DNA of 64,000 bases from an uncultured Gemmatimonadales bacterium (lineage in GTDB: Bacteria > Gemmatimonadota > Gemmatimonadetes > Gemmatimonadales > Gemmatimonadaceae). A program made the position numbers and the translations under genes. Positions 20,597 through 31,009 of this stretch are shown here, piece by piece (position 1 is the stretch's first letter; each line of letters starts with the position of its first letter). A model generated the notes under the pieces. The model saw only the letters and a program-made list of their open reading frames with translations. It had not been told where the DNA came from and did no database searches. The DNA lies in assembly GCA_963850905.1 (NCBI GenBank), contig CAWKMU010000004.1, positions 96,001 to 160,000 of the forward strand. The letters run 5' to 3'.

Positions 20597-22260
20597 CGTA
20601 TGCGGGCCCGGTCCTCCGACCGCTCAGCGACTCGGTCGCTCACCGCGCCCCGCAGGTCCAACGCCTTTGGCGGGTGCAACACGAGCTCCCGGGCATCGGC
20701 TGCATGAGTCGCGAGATCGAGGGCGGTCAGAAACGTGGTGTCGGTTCGCATCTCCACGCGGAAGGCCGCGTCGGTGCCGAATTCGTATCGCACCATCTCG
20801 TTGTGCAGCCACCGGTCGATCGTCGGCGACAGCTGATCGAAGGCTGGGCGGCTCATGCCGACGCCATGCTTGTGCATCTGCTCCCAAAGCGCCTCGCGCA
20901 TCGCCGCCGTCGTCGGCGCGTTGGGTGACGGCAAGGGGTTGTTCGCCCGACTGGCCAGCACGTCGGCCGTCAACGCATCACGGAAGAGCGAGACCTGGGA
21001 CCCCAGCGCCTGCTGCAACGCGACATCCGCGGCGTGCACGGCCGAATCGCTCACGACGACGTCGGGGGTGATCCCACCGCCCCCGAACACCACCCGCCCC
21101 GCATCGGTGTGGAACACCGCTCGAGACTTGGTCGTGTCGGGCTCTTCTTCGGTGTCAGCCCCTTCGTCATCGCTGTCGGTGGGGCGAGCGCGCAGCCGAC
21201 TGATGCTCCGTCCCGATGGCGTGTACCAGAGTGCGGTCGTGAGCTTGAGGGCAGCGTCTCCGAGGTGATAGAGCGTCTGCGCACTACCCTTTCCGTACGA
21301 GGCCGTGCCGACGATCAGCGCCCGATCATGATCCTGCAGTGCGCCCGCGACAATCTCTGAGGCGCTGGCGGTGCCGCCATTCACCAACACGATCAGGCCG
21401 AGACCGGGCCACGGCGTCGCGCTGTCATCGTCGAATTGTCGCGTGGTGCCCAGACTCCGGCCGCGCATCGCCACCACAGCCTGCCCGCGCTGCAGAAACA
21501 GATCGGCGACGGCGACGCCCTGCGTCAGAAGGCCGCCAGGATCATTACGCAGGTCCAGGATCAGCGTCCGCGTGCCCAAACCGCGCAGGGAGTCGATCGC
21601 CTGGCGAAGCTCGCGCGCGGTCGAATCGCTGAAGACGGCCATCTCCACGTACCCCACGCCGGGTTTAACTATTTCGGCGTGACGCACGGAGCGCACGTGG
21701 ATCTCACGCCGCATGACGACCAGGGGAATCTTCTTGTCTACGCCGGGGCGATCGATCACGACGTGAACGGGCGTGCCTGCCACCCCGCGCAACGCCGCGC
21801 TCGCCTCTTCTTGCGTCCAGCCGTGCGTCGTTTGCCCTTCGATCGCGATCAGGCGGTCGCCAGCCTGGAATCCGACGCGTTGGGCCGGCGAACCGGGCAG
21901 CGGGGCGATGACCGTGATCCAGCCGTCGCGAATGTCGATCTGAATGCCGAGTCCGACATACGTCCCGGTGGTACTCTCAGTCAGCCGCCGCAATCGCTCA
22001 GCGGTGAGAAAGGCGGAATGCGGATCGTGCAGCTCGTACAGCATCCCGTCGATCGCTTTGTCGTAGATCTGGGGCGTGGGGACCGAGTCCACGTAGTCGC
22101 GTTGGACGTGCTGCAGCACATTCTCGAACACCCGGGCGCCGTCACCGCCGCGCCCGAGCGACCAGCGTCCGGCACCGTGGAAGCCCGCTTCCAGGAACCA
22201 CCCGCCGCACACCAGCCCAGCTGCGAGCGCGCCGACAACGATCAGGACCCGTGACCGCAT
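20593..22260 (-). CDS. ctpA: S41 carboxy-terminal processing protease
   Basis: DPHS, PDZ domain, DLRNDPGG, ASASEIVAGALQD, GKGSAQ, YTPSGRSI. Confidence 0.93.
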   Translation of the reverse strand: MRSRVLIVVGALAAGLVCGGWFLEAGFHGAGRWSLGRGGDGARVFENVLQHVQRDYVDSVPTPQIYDKAIDGMLYELHDPHSAFLTAERLRRLTESTTGTYVGLGIQIDIRDGWITVIAPLPGSPAQRVGFQAGDRLIAIEGQTTHGWTQEEASAALRGVAGTPVHVVIDRPGVDKKIPLVVMRREIHVRSVRHAEIVKPGVGYVEMAVFSDSTARELRQAIDSLRGLGTRTLILDLRNDPGGLLTQGVAVADLFLQRGQAVVAMRGRSLGTTRQFDDDSATPWPGLGLIVLVNGGTASASEIVAGALQDHDRALIVGTASYGKGSAQTLYHLGDAALKLTTALWYTPSGRSISRLRARPTDSDDEGADTEEEPDTTKSRAVFHTDAGRVVFGGGGITPDVVVSDSAVHAADVALQQALGSQVSLFRDALTADVLASRANNPLPSPNAPTTAAMREALWEQMHKHGVGMSRPAFDQLSPTIDRWLHNEMVRYEFGTDAAFRVEMRTDTTFLTALDLATHAADARELVLHPPKALDLRGAVSDRVAERSEDRARIR

Positions 22261-22340
22261 CTCGTCCTCAACTCACGACAGGGTCGACCGTACCATGAGA
22301 CTCACTCCGCCAATGTGGACGGCCGTGCGACGATCGGCCG

Positions 22341-23006
22341 TCACAGCATGTCATCCCATCGAGAGGTGATCGCCGCGCCAACTCGTACACCGACCGCCCG
22401 CTCGCTCCCGGACCCGTCGATCCCGATGATTGGTCCACATTCCGGGTGTTCCGCCTGCCACTCGGGAGTGAGGCACGCTGCAAACGCGGCGGCGACCCGC
22501 TCGTGAAAATCTACACCGGCGCTCTCGATTCGGTCTTGCCGTGCACCGGACGCCTGCTTGCGCGCGAGGCCGCCGGGCATCGACAGAAGAACGGTCAAGT
22601 CAGGCACCAGGTCGCCTGCCGCGAGTGTGTTGGCATAGTGGACGAGATCTGCAGGCAGGCCCCGCCCAGCGACTTGATACGCATAGGTCGACAGGACGAA
22701 GCGGTCGGCAATGACCGTGGTCCCCGCAGCGAGATGCGCGCGCACATCTGGAGCCAGCTGCGCGCGCGCGGCAAGAAAGAGGAGGACCTCAGCACGAGCA
22801 TCCACCTCGACGTGCGAGTCCAGCAAGAGGCCACGGATCTTTTCGCCGAGCCATGTCGCGCCGGGCTCGCGGACAATGACGGTGGGCTTGCCCGCGTCGC
22901 GGAGCGCGTCCGCGAGCCGTGCAGCCTGAGTCGTCTTGCCAACGCCCTCGGCACCTTCGAAGACGATCAATCGGGCCCGGCACGGCGGCGTCACGGACGC
23001 TGTCAT
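22341..23006 (-). CDS. tmk: Thymidylate kinase
   Basis: FEGAEGVGKTTQ, REPG, LFLAARAQ, DRF, AYQ. Confidence 0.95.
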   Translation of the reverse strand: MTASVTPPCRARLIVFEGAEGVGKTTQAARLADALRDAGKPTVIVREPGATWLGEKIRGLLLDSHVEVDARAEVLLFLAARAQLAPDVRAHLAAGTTVIADRFVLSTYAYQVAGRGLPADLVHYANTLAAGDLVPDLTVLLSMPGGLARKQASGARQDRIESAGVDFHERVAAAFAACLTPEWQAEHPECGPIIGIDGSGSERAVGVRVGAAITSRWDDML

Positions 23007-23356
23007 CCGAGCGTGATGATCGAGCTGGTCGCGCCCCGCTTGATACCGTCCAGAATCCAGTTGTTCACACGGAGCATGATCTTGTCGAAATTCTCCTGGG
23101 CCGCGACCGCACGCTGATACACGCTTCGGCTCTGAATCGACGACAGCAGCTCATCGAGTTGCGTGTCCATATCCGCCGAAGGCGTCTCTCCCCGCTCGAT
23201 CAGCCGCTGGGCTTCCGTGCGCAACTGCTCGAGTCGCTGCAGCAGAGTGACTGCCTCGCGATCCCCGCTCAGTGCGTCATTCGCGCGCTTGACCGCCTGG
23301 TATTCCGGGCTCTGGCCAATCAGCCGACCGAGCTCGATTGCCTTGTCTTCCAACAT
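23003..23356 (-). CDS. YlbF/YmcA (Com_YlbF) family protein
   Basis: KAIELGRLIGQSPEYQ N-terminus and all-helical pattern typical of the family. Confidence 0.75.
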   Translation of the reverse strand: MLEDKAIELGRLIGQSPEYQAVKRANDALSGDREAVTLLQRLEQLRTEAQRLIERGETPSADMDTQLDELLSSIQSRSVYQRAVAAQENFDKIMLRVNNWILDGIKRGATSSIITLG

Positions 23357-23362
23357 GGTCTG

Positions 23363-24241
23363 TCAGTCTCCGGTACAACGCAAGGCCGTTACGTAACGCT
23401 CCCGTCCAAATACATCTCGTGTCACGATCACGTCCCTGAACCGCCCCTCGGCCATCACCATCGCAGCAACCCGTTCGGCACGTCGCATATCCACCTCGAG
23501 CGCCAGTACGCCGGACGGCTCGAGGATGGCAGCGGCCTGCCGGACCAGCGCCGCGGTCGCTTGCAGCCCCGACGCACCAGAGTAGAGCGCGACGGGCGGC
23601 TCCCAATCTCGCACGCTTGGCGGCAGCACCGCAGCTTCGGCCCACGAAATGTATGGTGGATTGGACACGATGGCGCGCGCCCGCAGTTCGCGGACCGGGG
23701 CCAGATCCGCGCCGGGCCGGAATTCGACGGGGGTCGAGAACCGGCCCGCCAGACGCTGGGCGTTGCGGCGCGCGACCGCGATCGCGTCTGTCGACACGTC
23801 GGTGCCAATGACTCGATCGAACCGACCTTCTTGCGCGAGCGCCAGGGCGATCGCGCCAGATCCGGTCCCCACGTCGATCGCGATCCCGCCCGCCAGGTCT
23901 CGGGCAAGCACGAGATCGACCAGCCCTTCCGTCTCGGGCCTCGGGATCAAGACGCGGTCGTCGACCTCCAGCGTCAGTTGTCGAAACGCCGCACGTCGCA
24001 CCGCGTAGGGGAGCGGCATGCCGCACCGTCGCGCCGCGGCGGCGTGGCGCGCCGCGCTGGCCAGCGCAGGATCGGCGACCGCGAGCCTGTGTGCCGCCGG
24101 CCAGTGCCGAGGCACATCCAGAATGGCCGCAATGATCTCTCGCGCATCACGAGCCGGCTCGACGCCCACGACGCCAGCCAGAGCGCGCTCCAGCTCCCGG
24201 AGGAGATCCCCAATGGAGCGTCCATCAGGACGGCCGGCCAT
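23363..24241 (-). CDS. prmC: Release factor glutamine methyltransferase (start uncertain: 24241 or 24280)
   Basis: VLIPRPETE, DVGTGSGAI, SNPPY; follows prfA. Confidence 0.95.
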   Translation of the reverse strand: MAGRPDGRSIGDLLRELERALAGVVGVEPARDAREIIAAILDVPRHWPAAHRLAVADPALASAARHAAAARRCGMPLPYAVRRAAFRQLTLEVDDRVLIPRPETEGLVDLVLARDLAGGIAIDVGTGSGAIALALAQEGRFDRVIGTDVSTDAIAVARRNAQRLAGRFSTPVEFRPGADLAPVRELRARAIVSNPPYISWAEAAVLPPSVRDWEPPVALYSGASGLQATAALVRQAAAILEPSGVLALEVDMRRAERVAAMVMAEGRFRDVIVTRDVFGRERYVTALRCTGD

Positions 24242-24296
24242 CAGCTCAGGCGCCGGGCCCGCGAACAGGCGGCTGGTCACTCGCCGCTCCGGCAAC

Positions 24297-25370
24297 TCAC
24301 CCTGGACCAGTGGCAAGGCGCTCCTCCTGGTCGGCCAACCGGAGGGCCTCGATGAACGCTTCGATGCGGCCATCCAGCACCCCGGGCACGTCGTGCAGTT
24401 GCAGGCCGATGCGGTGATCGGTCACCCGGTTGTCGGGAAAGTTGTACGTTCGGATCTTGGCAGACCGGTCGCCGGTCCCAACTTGCGTGCGGCGCATTCG
24501 GGCGCGCGCGGATTCCTGTTCGGCGATCTTCGCATCGAGCAACCGCGCCCGCAGCACCTCCATGGCCTTGCGCTTGTTTTGTAGCTGCGATTTCTGGTCC
24601 TGCTGCGTGACAACGAGGCCGGTCGGACGGTGCGTGATACGCACCGCGGAGTCGGTCGTGTTCACACTCTGGCCGCCCGGCCCCGACGAGCGGTAGACGT
24701 CAATGAGGAGATCATTTGGATCGATCCGGACGTCGACTTCTTCCGCTTCCGGAAGTACCGCGACTGTCGCCGCCGATGTGTGAATCCGACCTTGCGCTTC
24801 CGTCACTGGTACGCGCTGCACGCGGTGCACGCCGGATTCCCAGCGCATGGCGCCGTAGGCGCCCGGGCCGTCGACCTTCAGGATGCTCTCTTTGACGCCG
24901 CCGAGAGACGCGTCCGACCGCGAGATCATCTCGACTCGCCACCCCTCGCGCTCGGCAAATCTCGTGTACATGCGTTCGAGATCAGCCGCGAACAGCGCCG
25001 CCTCGTCCCCACCCGTACCCGCACGGATCTCCACGATCGCGGGCCGGTCATCGAGGGCGTCCCGGGGCACAAGCAGTCGCTTGAGCTCCTCTTCGGCCGC
25101 GGTCACCCCGGCGGTTAGGCGACCTTCCTCGGCACGCGCCTCCGCCGCCAGCTCCGGGTCATCGGCGTCGGCCAGTTCGCGAGCGCCCGCCAACTCCTGC
25201 TCGAGGCGGTCGCGACGCTGAGCGACATCCACGATCCGCCGGAGGTGCTGGTATTCCCGGGCGAGACTCGCCAGCCGCTTGGTATCCTGAGCTGTCCTGG
25301 GGTCCGACAGCTCGCGCTCGACGGCGATCGCCCGGGCGAGCGCCTCTGCGAGGCGGTCGCGAAGACTCAG
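24297..25370 (-). CDS. prfA: Peptide chain release factor 1
   Basis: [14 protein letters not shown] tripeptide, GGQ, RTYNFP. Frame is open 46 codons upstream of the listed GTG. Confidence 0.96.
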   Translation of the reverse strand: MSLRDRLAEALARAIAVERELSDPRTAQDTKRLASLAREYQHLRRIVDVAQRRDRLEQELAGARELADADDPELAAEARAEEGRLTAGVTAAEEELKRLLVPRDALDDRPAIVEIRAGTGGDEAALFAADLERMYTRFAEREGWRVEMISRSDASLGGVKESILKVDGPGAYGAMRWESGVHRVQRVPVTEAQGRIHTSAATVAVLPEAEEVDVRIDPNDLLIDVYRSSGPGGQSVNTTDSAVRITHRPTGLVVTQQDQKSQLQNKRKAMEVLRARLLDAKIAEQESARARMRRTQVGTGDRSAKIRTYNFPDNRVTDHRIGLQLHDVPGVLDGRIEAFIEALRLADQEERLATGPG

Positions 25371-25570
25371 GCCTGCTTACCGTACTTCTGCCGGAAGCGC
25401 TCGACGCGCCCGGCAGTGTCCACCAGCTTCTGCTTGCCGGTAAAGAACGGGTGGCAGGCGGAACAGATGTCGGTATGGATCTGGGCCTGGGTCGATCGGG
25501 TCTCGAAGGTGTTACCGCAGGCGCAGATAACCGTCGCCGTAGCGTACTCGGGATGGATGTCGGCTTTCAC
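25367..25570 (-). CDS. rpmE: 50S ribosomal protein L31 (Zn-binding)
   Basis: [28 protein letters not shown]. Confidence 0.97.
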   Translation of the reverse strand: MKADIHPEYATATVICACGNTFETRSTQAQIHTDICSACHPFFTGKQKLVDTAGRVERFRQKYGKQA

Positions 25571-25787
25571 AGGTGCCTCACAGTCCTGATTTTGTGTTAG
25601 CATAAAAATATAACACCCCTGGGCCCGCCCGCCGCCCCTGCCCCGGGGTCGGCCATGGCGCCCGCCCCCCCGGGGTGCCTATTTGTCTCCTTTCACCTTT
25701 CTGCACGTCTCCTTTCTACGGGCGCGCAGCGCACGTAGCGGTATCATAGGCGGTTGCTCCCCTCTGGCCTCGTGACGGGTGACTGAC

Positions 25788-26513
25788 ATGGACATCGCCG
25801 ACTTTCTCGCCACCGTTCCGTTATTGAGCCGAATCGCCCCGGATGAGCTCCGTCGGTTTGCCGAGCTCACGCGGGAAAAACAGTACCCCAAGGGCAGTGT
25901 CATCCTGTTCGAGGACGACCCCGGCGACTCGCTGTTCATCGTCCGCTCCGGCCGGGTGAAGGTCGTCCTGGTGGCCGAAGATGGGCGCGAGGTGATACTC
26001 GGTGTGCTTGGCGTCGGTGAGCACTTCGGCGAGCTGTCGCTCATCGACGACCAGCCCCGATCGGCTCACGTCATCGCGATGGAGGACGCCACCCTGCTCG
26101 TCCTGCGCCGCGATGATTTTCGGCGCCGCGTCGAAGTGAATCCCTCCGTGGCCTGGGCGCTCCTGGCGGAGCTGTCTCGACGCCTGCGCCGAGCCGACGG
26201 CAAGATTGGGGGCCTGGTGCTGCTCGACGTCCCGGGGCGCATTGCCCAGCTGCTCCTCGACACCGCCGACGAGGGGGGCACGCCGGCCATCGATAAGCCG
26301 CTCACGCATCAGGTCATCGCGCAAATGATTGGCGCCAGCCGCGAGACCGTTTCGCGCACCATGCGCGAGTTTCAGGACGCCGGCCTCATTGGGGTCCATC
26401 GGCGCCGTATCACGATCCAGGATCGCGTTCGCCTGAGCGCGCGGGCTCAGGCTCGCACCAGCGGGTCGCTGCCGGACGGTGCGCCAGCCGGCGACGCCGA
26501 GGACGGCGAATGA
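25788..26513 (+). CDS. Crp/Fnr family transcriptional regulator
   Basis: FGELSL..PRSA cNMP pocket; HTH IGASRETVSR. Confidence 0.93.
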   Translation: MDIADFLATVPLLSRIAPDELRRFAELTREKQYPKGSVILFEDDPGDSLFIVRSGRVKVVLVAEDGREVILGVLGVGEHFGELSLIDDQPRSAHVIAMEDATLLVLRRDDFRRRVEVNPSVAWALLAELSRRLRRADGKIGGLVLLDVPGRIAQLLLDTADEGGTPAIDKPLTHQVIAQMIGASRETVSRTMREFQDAGLIGVHRRRITIQDRVRLSARAQARTSGSLPDGAPAGDAEDGE

Positions 26514-26589
26514 GCGCTGCGAGCGGGTCGGTTTGGCCGGCCCTGGATGTCGCGCAATGACGGGCATGGTTCGGAGGCACCGGGCGTCA

Positions 26590-27491
26590 TGACCCTGCGC
26601 GTCCGTTTTTGGGGGACCCGCGGGTCGATTCCGAGCCCGGGGCAACAGACGGTGCGATACGGCGGCAACACACCCTGCCTCGAGCTCCGCACACCGGACG
26701 ACTGGCTCATTGTGCTCGACGCCGGCACCGGTATCCGTGAGCTTGGAAGCTCGCTCATGGCGCGCGCCAATGGCTCACCCGTGAAGGGCGACATTTTCCT
26801 GTCGCACGCCCACTGGGACCACATACAGGGACTTCCTTTCTTCGCGCCGATCTTCCACCCGGGCAATCATTTCACGATCTGGTGCTCCAAGGCGATGGAG
26901 ACGAGCATCGGGCGCGTCGTGCGCGACCAGATGTCGCCGGTGGTGTTCCCGGTCACCTTCGAGCAGCTTGCCGCGACCATCGAGTTTCGCGAGTTGGGCG
27001 ACTCCCACCACGTGCGCGGGGGCTACGACGTGCGGGCGATGCCGGTGCGGCATCCCGGCGGCGCACTCGGATACCGGTTCTCGGCCTCGCAGAGGGCGGC
27101 GGGATCGACGGCTGGCGCAACGACGGGTCGTCAGGGACTCGTGTACATCTCGGACAACGAGCTCAATCCCGCCGCGCCATACGAGTCGCCCGCCTCGTGG
27201 CGGCGCGAGCTCGTTCGGTTCATCGAGCACGCGCGCATTCTCGTGCACGATACGATGTTCACCGCCGAAGAGTACGGCCAGCATCAGGGATGGGGGCACT
27301 CGACCTACGAGGACGCGGTCGATCTGGCGCTGGAGGCCGGCGTCGACACGCTCGTGCTGTTTCATCACAAGCCCGAGCGGTCGGACGAGGAGGTGGACCG
27401 GCACACGGAGGCCTGTCGCGCGCTGGCCCGGCGTCGCGGCGGCAAGCTCGAGATCGTCGCAGCGGCGGAAGGTCTCATTCTACACGCCTGA
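26590..27491 (+). CDS. Metallo-beta-lactamase-fold hydrolase
   Basis: FWGTRGSIP, DAGTG, SHAHWDH, WGHS, LFHH. Confidence 0.9.
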
Positions 27492-29254
27492 TGCATTCGC
27501 GCACGCCGCCACAGGGCGGCCGGCCAATCGGCCATGAGGGTCCCCACGTCCCGTACGCCAAGCCGACACCGGTCGCGAGCGGCCACGCCCAGCCACTCGC
27601 GCTGCCGGTGGCATCGGTGCCAGCAGCATCCGGTGAGCAGAGCGCCGACGATCTCAAGGAGCTCATGCGCGTATGCGTGGCGCTGACCACGGAGCGGAAC
27701 CTGCTCACGCTCCTCGAGATGATCCTCACGCAGGCTCGGCGCATCACTCGGAGCGACGCCGGTTCGTTGTACCTGGTCGATCGCGCCGCCACGGCGCCTC
27801 GCACCCGAAGCGATGCCGGATCGCCGTACCTGGTCGATCGCACTGCCACCGCGGCGCCTCGCACGCTGCGCTTCAAGCTGGCGCAGAACTTCTCCCGTCC
27901 GGACTTGCCGCTGACAGAGTCGACAGTCCCGATCGATACCTCGAGTCTCGCCGGCTATGCAGCGGCGACGGGAGAGCCGCTGGTCATTCCAGACGTGTAC
28001 CTCCTGCCGTCCGACGTGCTGTATAGGCAGAATCGAACGTTCGACGAGCGTTTTGGGTATCGAACAAAATCGGTCCTCGTGATCCCGATGAAGACGCATC
28101 GCGACGAAGTCATCGGCGTCTTGCAGCTGATCAACCGCAAGCGTACGGCCGATGCGGTGCTCGCATCATCCGCTGTCGTCGACGACGAGGTCCAACCGTT
28201 CGACCAGCGCTCCATGGAGCTAGTGACCGCGCTGGCGGCGCAGGCCGCCGTCGCCCTCGAGAACAGCATGCTGTACGCGGATATCGAGCGCCTGTTCGAG
28301 GGGTTCGTCACTGCCGCGGTGACCGCGATCGAGGCGCGCGATCCGACCACATATGGGCATTCCGGGCGCGTCGCGGCCATGAGCGTCGCCTTGGCGGAGG
28401 CCGTTGATGGAGGTGCGGGCTCCGGCGCCTATCGCGGCGTCCACTTTAGCCGCGCGCAGCTGCGCGAGCTGCGGTATGCGGGACTCCTGCATGATTTCGG
28501 CAAGGTGGGCGTCCGGGAGCAGGTGCTGCTCAAGCAGAAGAAGCTCTACCCGTTGCATCTCGACGTCATCCGGCTTCGGTTCGCGACGGTGCTGCAGGCA
28601 GCCGACGCGGAATACGAGCGCGGACGTGCGGAGCACCTGCTCAGGTTTGGTCAGGAAGGATACGCGCGCCGGCTCCACGAGCTGGAAGCCGTTCGCCGTG
28701 AGTCACAGCTCCAATTGGAGCGGGCATTCCGCGCCGTCCTGGCGGCCAACGAGCCAACCGTGCTGCCGGAAGGGGAGTTCGCCGAGCTCGCCCGCCTCGC
28801 CGGCCAGACCTACCGTGACCTAGACGGCAAAGCGCGGCCCGTGCTCAGTCCCGAGGAGGCGCAGACGCTGACGATCCGTCAGGGCAACCTCGACGAGACG
28901 GAGCGCCGGGAGATCGAATCGCACGTGATGCACACGTATCGGTTCCTCCAGCAAATCCCCTGGACCCACGAGTTGCGTGGAGTGCCGGAGATTGCCGTGG
29001 CCCATCACGAGAAGCTCAACGGCCACGGCTATCCACGAGCGATCCGCGGTGAGGCCATCCCGGTGCAGACTCGCATCATGACTATTGCGGACATCTACGA
29101 TGCGTTGACCGCGGCCGACCGACCCTACAAAAAGGCCGTCCCCCCGGAGCGCGCACTCGCCATCCTCGATGCGGAAGCCCGCGACGGGTTCATCGATCGA
29201 GATCTCCTCGGGACGTTCATAGGCGCCCGGGTGTACGAACGCACGTTCGCGTAG
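27491..29254 (+). CDS. GAF plus HD-GYP phosphodiesterase
   Basis: GAF (GVLQLINRK); IEARD..GHS, LLHDFGK, HHEKLNGHGYP, ADIYDALT, RPYK. Confidence 0.92.
   Translation: MHSRTPPQGGRPIGHEGPHVPYAKPTPVASGHAQPLALPVASVPAASGEQSADDLKELMRVCVALTTERNLLTLLEMILTQARRITRSDAGSLYLVDRAATAPRTRSDAGSPYLVDRTATAAPRTLRFKLAQNFSRPDLPLTESTVPIDTSSLAGYAAATGEPLVIPDVYLLPSDVLYRQNRTFDERFGYRTKSVLVIPMKTHRDEVIGVLQLINRKRTADAVLASSAVVDDEVQPFDQRSMELVTALAAQAAVALENSMLYADIERLFEGFVTAAVTAIEARDPTTYGHSGRVAAMSVALAEAVDGGAGSGAYRGVHFSRAQLRELRYAGLLHDFGKVGVREQVLLKQKKLYPLHLDVIRLRFATVLQAADAEYERGRAEHLLRFGQEGYARRLHELEAVRRESQLQLERAFRAVLAANEPTVLPEGEFAELARLAGQTYRDLDGKARPVLSPEEAQTLTIRQGNLDETERREIESHVMHTYRFLQQIPWTHELRGVPEIAVAHHEKLNGHGYPRAIRGEAIPVQTRIMTIADIYDALTAADRPYKKAVPPERALAILDAEARDGFIDRDLLGTFIGARVYERTFA
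27749..27865 (+). repeat. Diverged in-frame tandem duplication (57 + 60 nt)
   Basis: RSDAGSLYLVDRAATAPRT / RSDAGSPYLVDRTATAAPRT. Confidence 0.9.
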
Positions 29255-29316
29255 GGCCGACACAACCGTCGCCCGCCATTTCGTTACACCAATGCGTGCG
29301 ACGCCCGCCGTTGCCG

Positions 29317-30993
29317 TTACGCCGGCGTGTACCGCCGCTGCGCGACGAATCGGACCACCAACACACCCGCCGCGAACAGGACGCAGGCGGTGCCGATCCA
29401 GTCGCCCCAGCGCACCGCGAGCGGCCGGATCGACGTGGTCTGGGCGTCGTAGATGCGCGCCGCGCGCACGAACAACCCGGTGGCGCCGTGCGAGCGGCCG
29501 AGTGGATCGATGTACTCGGAGATTCCGGTGTTTCCGGCGCGCACGATCCCCACGCGGTTCTCGATCGCGCGGAGGTGGAGATGCGCCTCGTGCTGGTACG
29601 GTGCGAGACCGCGGCCGAACCACGCGTCGTTCGTGATGTTGACGATCAGGTCCGCTCCTGCCCGTCTGAACGCCCGCGACTGCTGTGGGAAGATCGACTC
29701 ATAGCAGATCAGCACGCCGACCTTCCCGAACGCGAACGTGAAGGGGATCGCGGATGTGCCGCGTCCAAATCCGCCGAAGTACCGGAGCAGCGCCTGGAAG
29801 TGCCTTTGGCCCGTGAACCACCGCGGATTGAGGAACGGCACGCGCTCGACGATGGGAACGAGGTAGACCTTGTGGTATGCCGGCTCGACACTGATCCGGC
29901 CACTGGTATCGACTACCGTCGCGGCGTTGTAGAACTCGAAGTCCGATGGCCCCGACCCCGTGACCGTGTAGTCGATGAGGCCGAACAGAATCGGCGCATG
30001 CCCCGTGCGCGCGAGCGAGCGGAGCGAATCGGTCCACGCCGGATGGTTGATCAGGAAATCCGGCAGCGCGGTCTCCGGCCAGAGCACCAGCTGCGGCGGT
30101 GGTCCCGTAGCCTCCTCCTGGCGCGTCAATGCCGCCAGCGGCTCGATGAACCGACCGCGCATTTCTTGCTGCATCTTCTCATCTTCCGAAATGTTCGGCT
30201 GCACGATGCCGACCCGCGCCAATGGCTCGAGCGTCACCGTGCGCAGGCGCCACATCCCGTACGCCCACACGGCCGCGCACAGCGCGGCCGCGAGGGCCAC
30301 CGGTCGAACCGCGCGGCGGAGGCGGGGCGAGGCGTCGCCCCCCCTCCGCCACAGGACCCATGCATCGGCTAGCAACCCGTTCGTCGCCGCGATCCACACA
30401 CTCAGACCGTGCACGCCGCTCACGTCGGCTGCTTGGGCCAGCGCCGGATGCGTCGCGACTGCGAGCCCAAGCGGGAACCACGGGAACGCCAGGTCCGAGA
30501 AGTACGCGAGAAAAATCTCCAGGGTGACCCACGTCGCGGGGAGCAGCACCGCCATTGGCCAATGCGTGATGCGCCGCGCAATGTGCAGCGTTGAGGTCGT
30601 CGCGGCGACCAGCAGCGACATGCCGACGACGGTTGCGACGTACGCGAGCCATGCCAGCGATGTGAACAGCGACAACGCCACCCCGATCCAGTACAGCGAC
30701 AGACCAAACGCGGCGACCGCGAACCAGGCGCCGAGCCGCGCCGAGATCCCCGCCCGCTCGCCCTCGTCGGCCCAGCGCGCGATCAACGCCGCAATGGGTG
30801 CGAGACAGACGAACGCGAGCACGGCGAGAGGCAGCGGCGGAAATGCCAGCGCGAACAAGACGCCCGCGCCCAACGCGATCCCGCGCACTCCCCACCCCAG
30901 GCGGCGCGCCGCGGGTCGCGATTGAGTGCCGGATCCGGCCTCCTGGGCGACCGCGCGGTTGGGCGCGGTTGCCGCGCCGCTCACGGTGTTCAC
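29317..30993 (-). CDS. lnt: Apolipoprotein N-acyltransferase
   Basis: FPW, VQPNI, WPETA, YN, K..LVP, ICYESIF, NITNDAWF. Confidence 0.95.
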   Translation of the reverse strand: MNTVSGAATAPNRAVAQEAGSGTQSRPAARRLGWGVRGIALGAGVLFALAFPPLPLAVLAFVCLAPIAALIARWADEGERAGISARLGAWFAVAAFGLSLYWIGVALSLFTSLAWLAYVATVVGMSLLVAATTSTLHIARRITHWPMAVLLPATWVTLEIFLAYFSDLAFPWFPLGLAVATHPALAQAADVSGVHGLSVWIAATNGLLADAWVLWRRGGDASPRLRRAVRPVALAAALCAAVWAYGMWRLRTVTLEPLARVGIVQPNISEDEKMQQEMRGRFIEPLAALTRQEEATGPPPQLVLWPETALPDFLINHPAWTDSLRSLARTGHAPILFGLIDYTVTGSGPSDFEFYNAATVVDTSGRISVEPAYHKVYLVPIVERVPFLNPRWFTGQRHFQALLRYFGGFGRGTSAIPFTFAFGKVGVLICYESIFPQQSRAFRRAGADLIVNITNDAWFGRGLAPYQHEAHLHLRAIENRVGIVRAGNTGISEYIDPLGRSHGATGLFVRAARIYDAQTTSIRPLAVRWGDWIGTACVLFAAGVLVVRFVAQRRYTPA

Positions 30994-31009
30994 GCCTCGC
31001 CCCGGCCTG

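Noticed and set aside
26882..27490. 790-aa extended HD-GYP ORF
   Set aside because: The extension is an off-frame overlap of the MBL gene; ATG 27491 is the better start.
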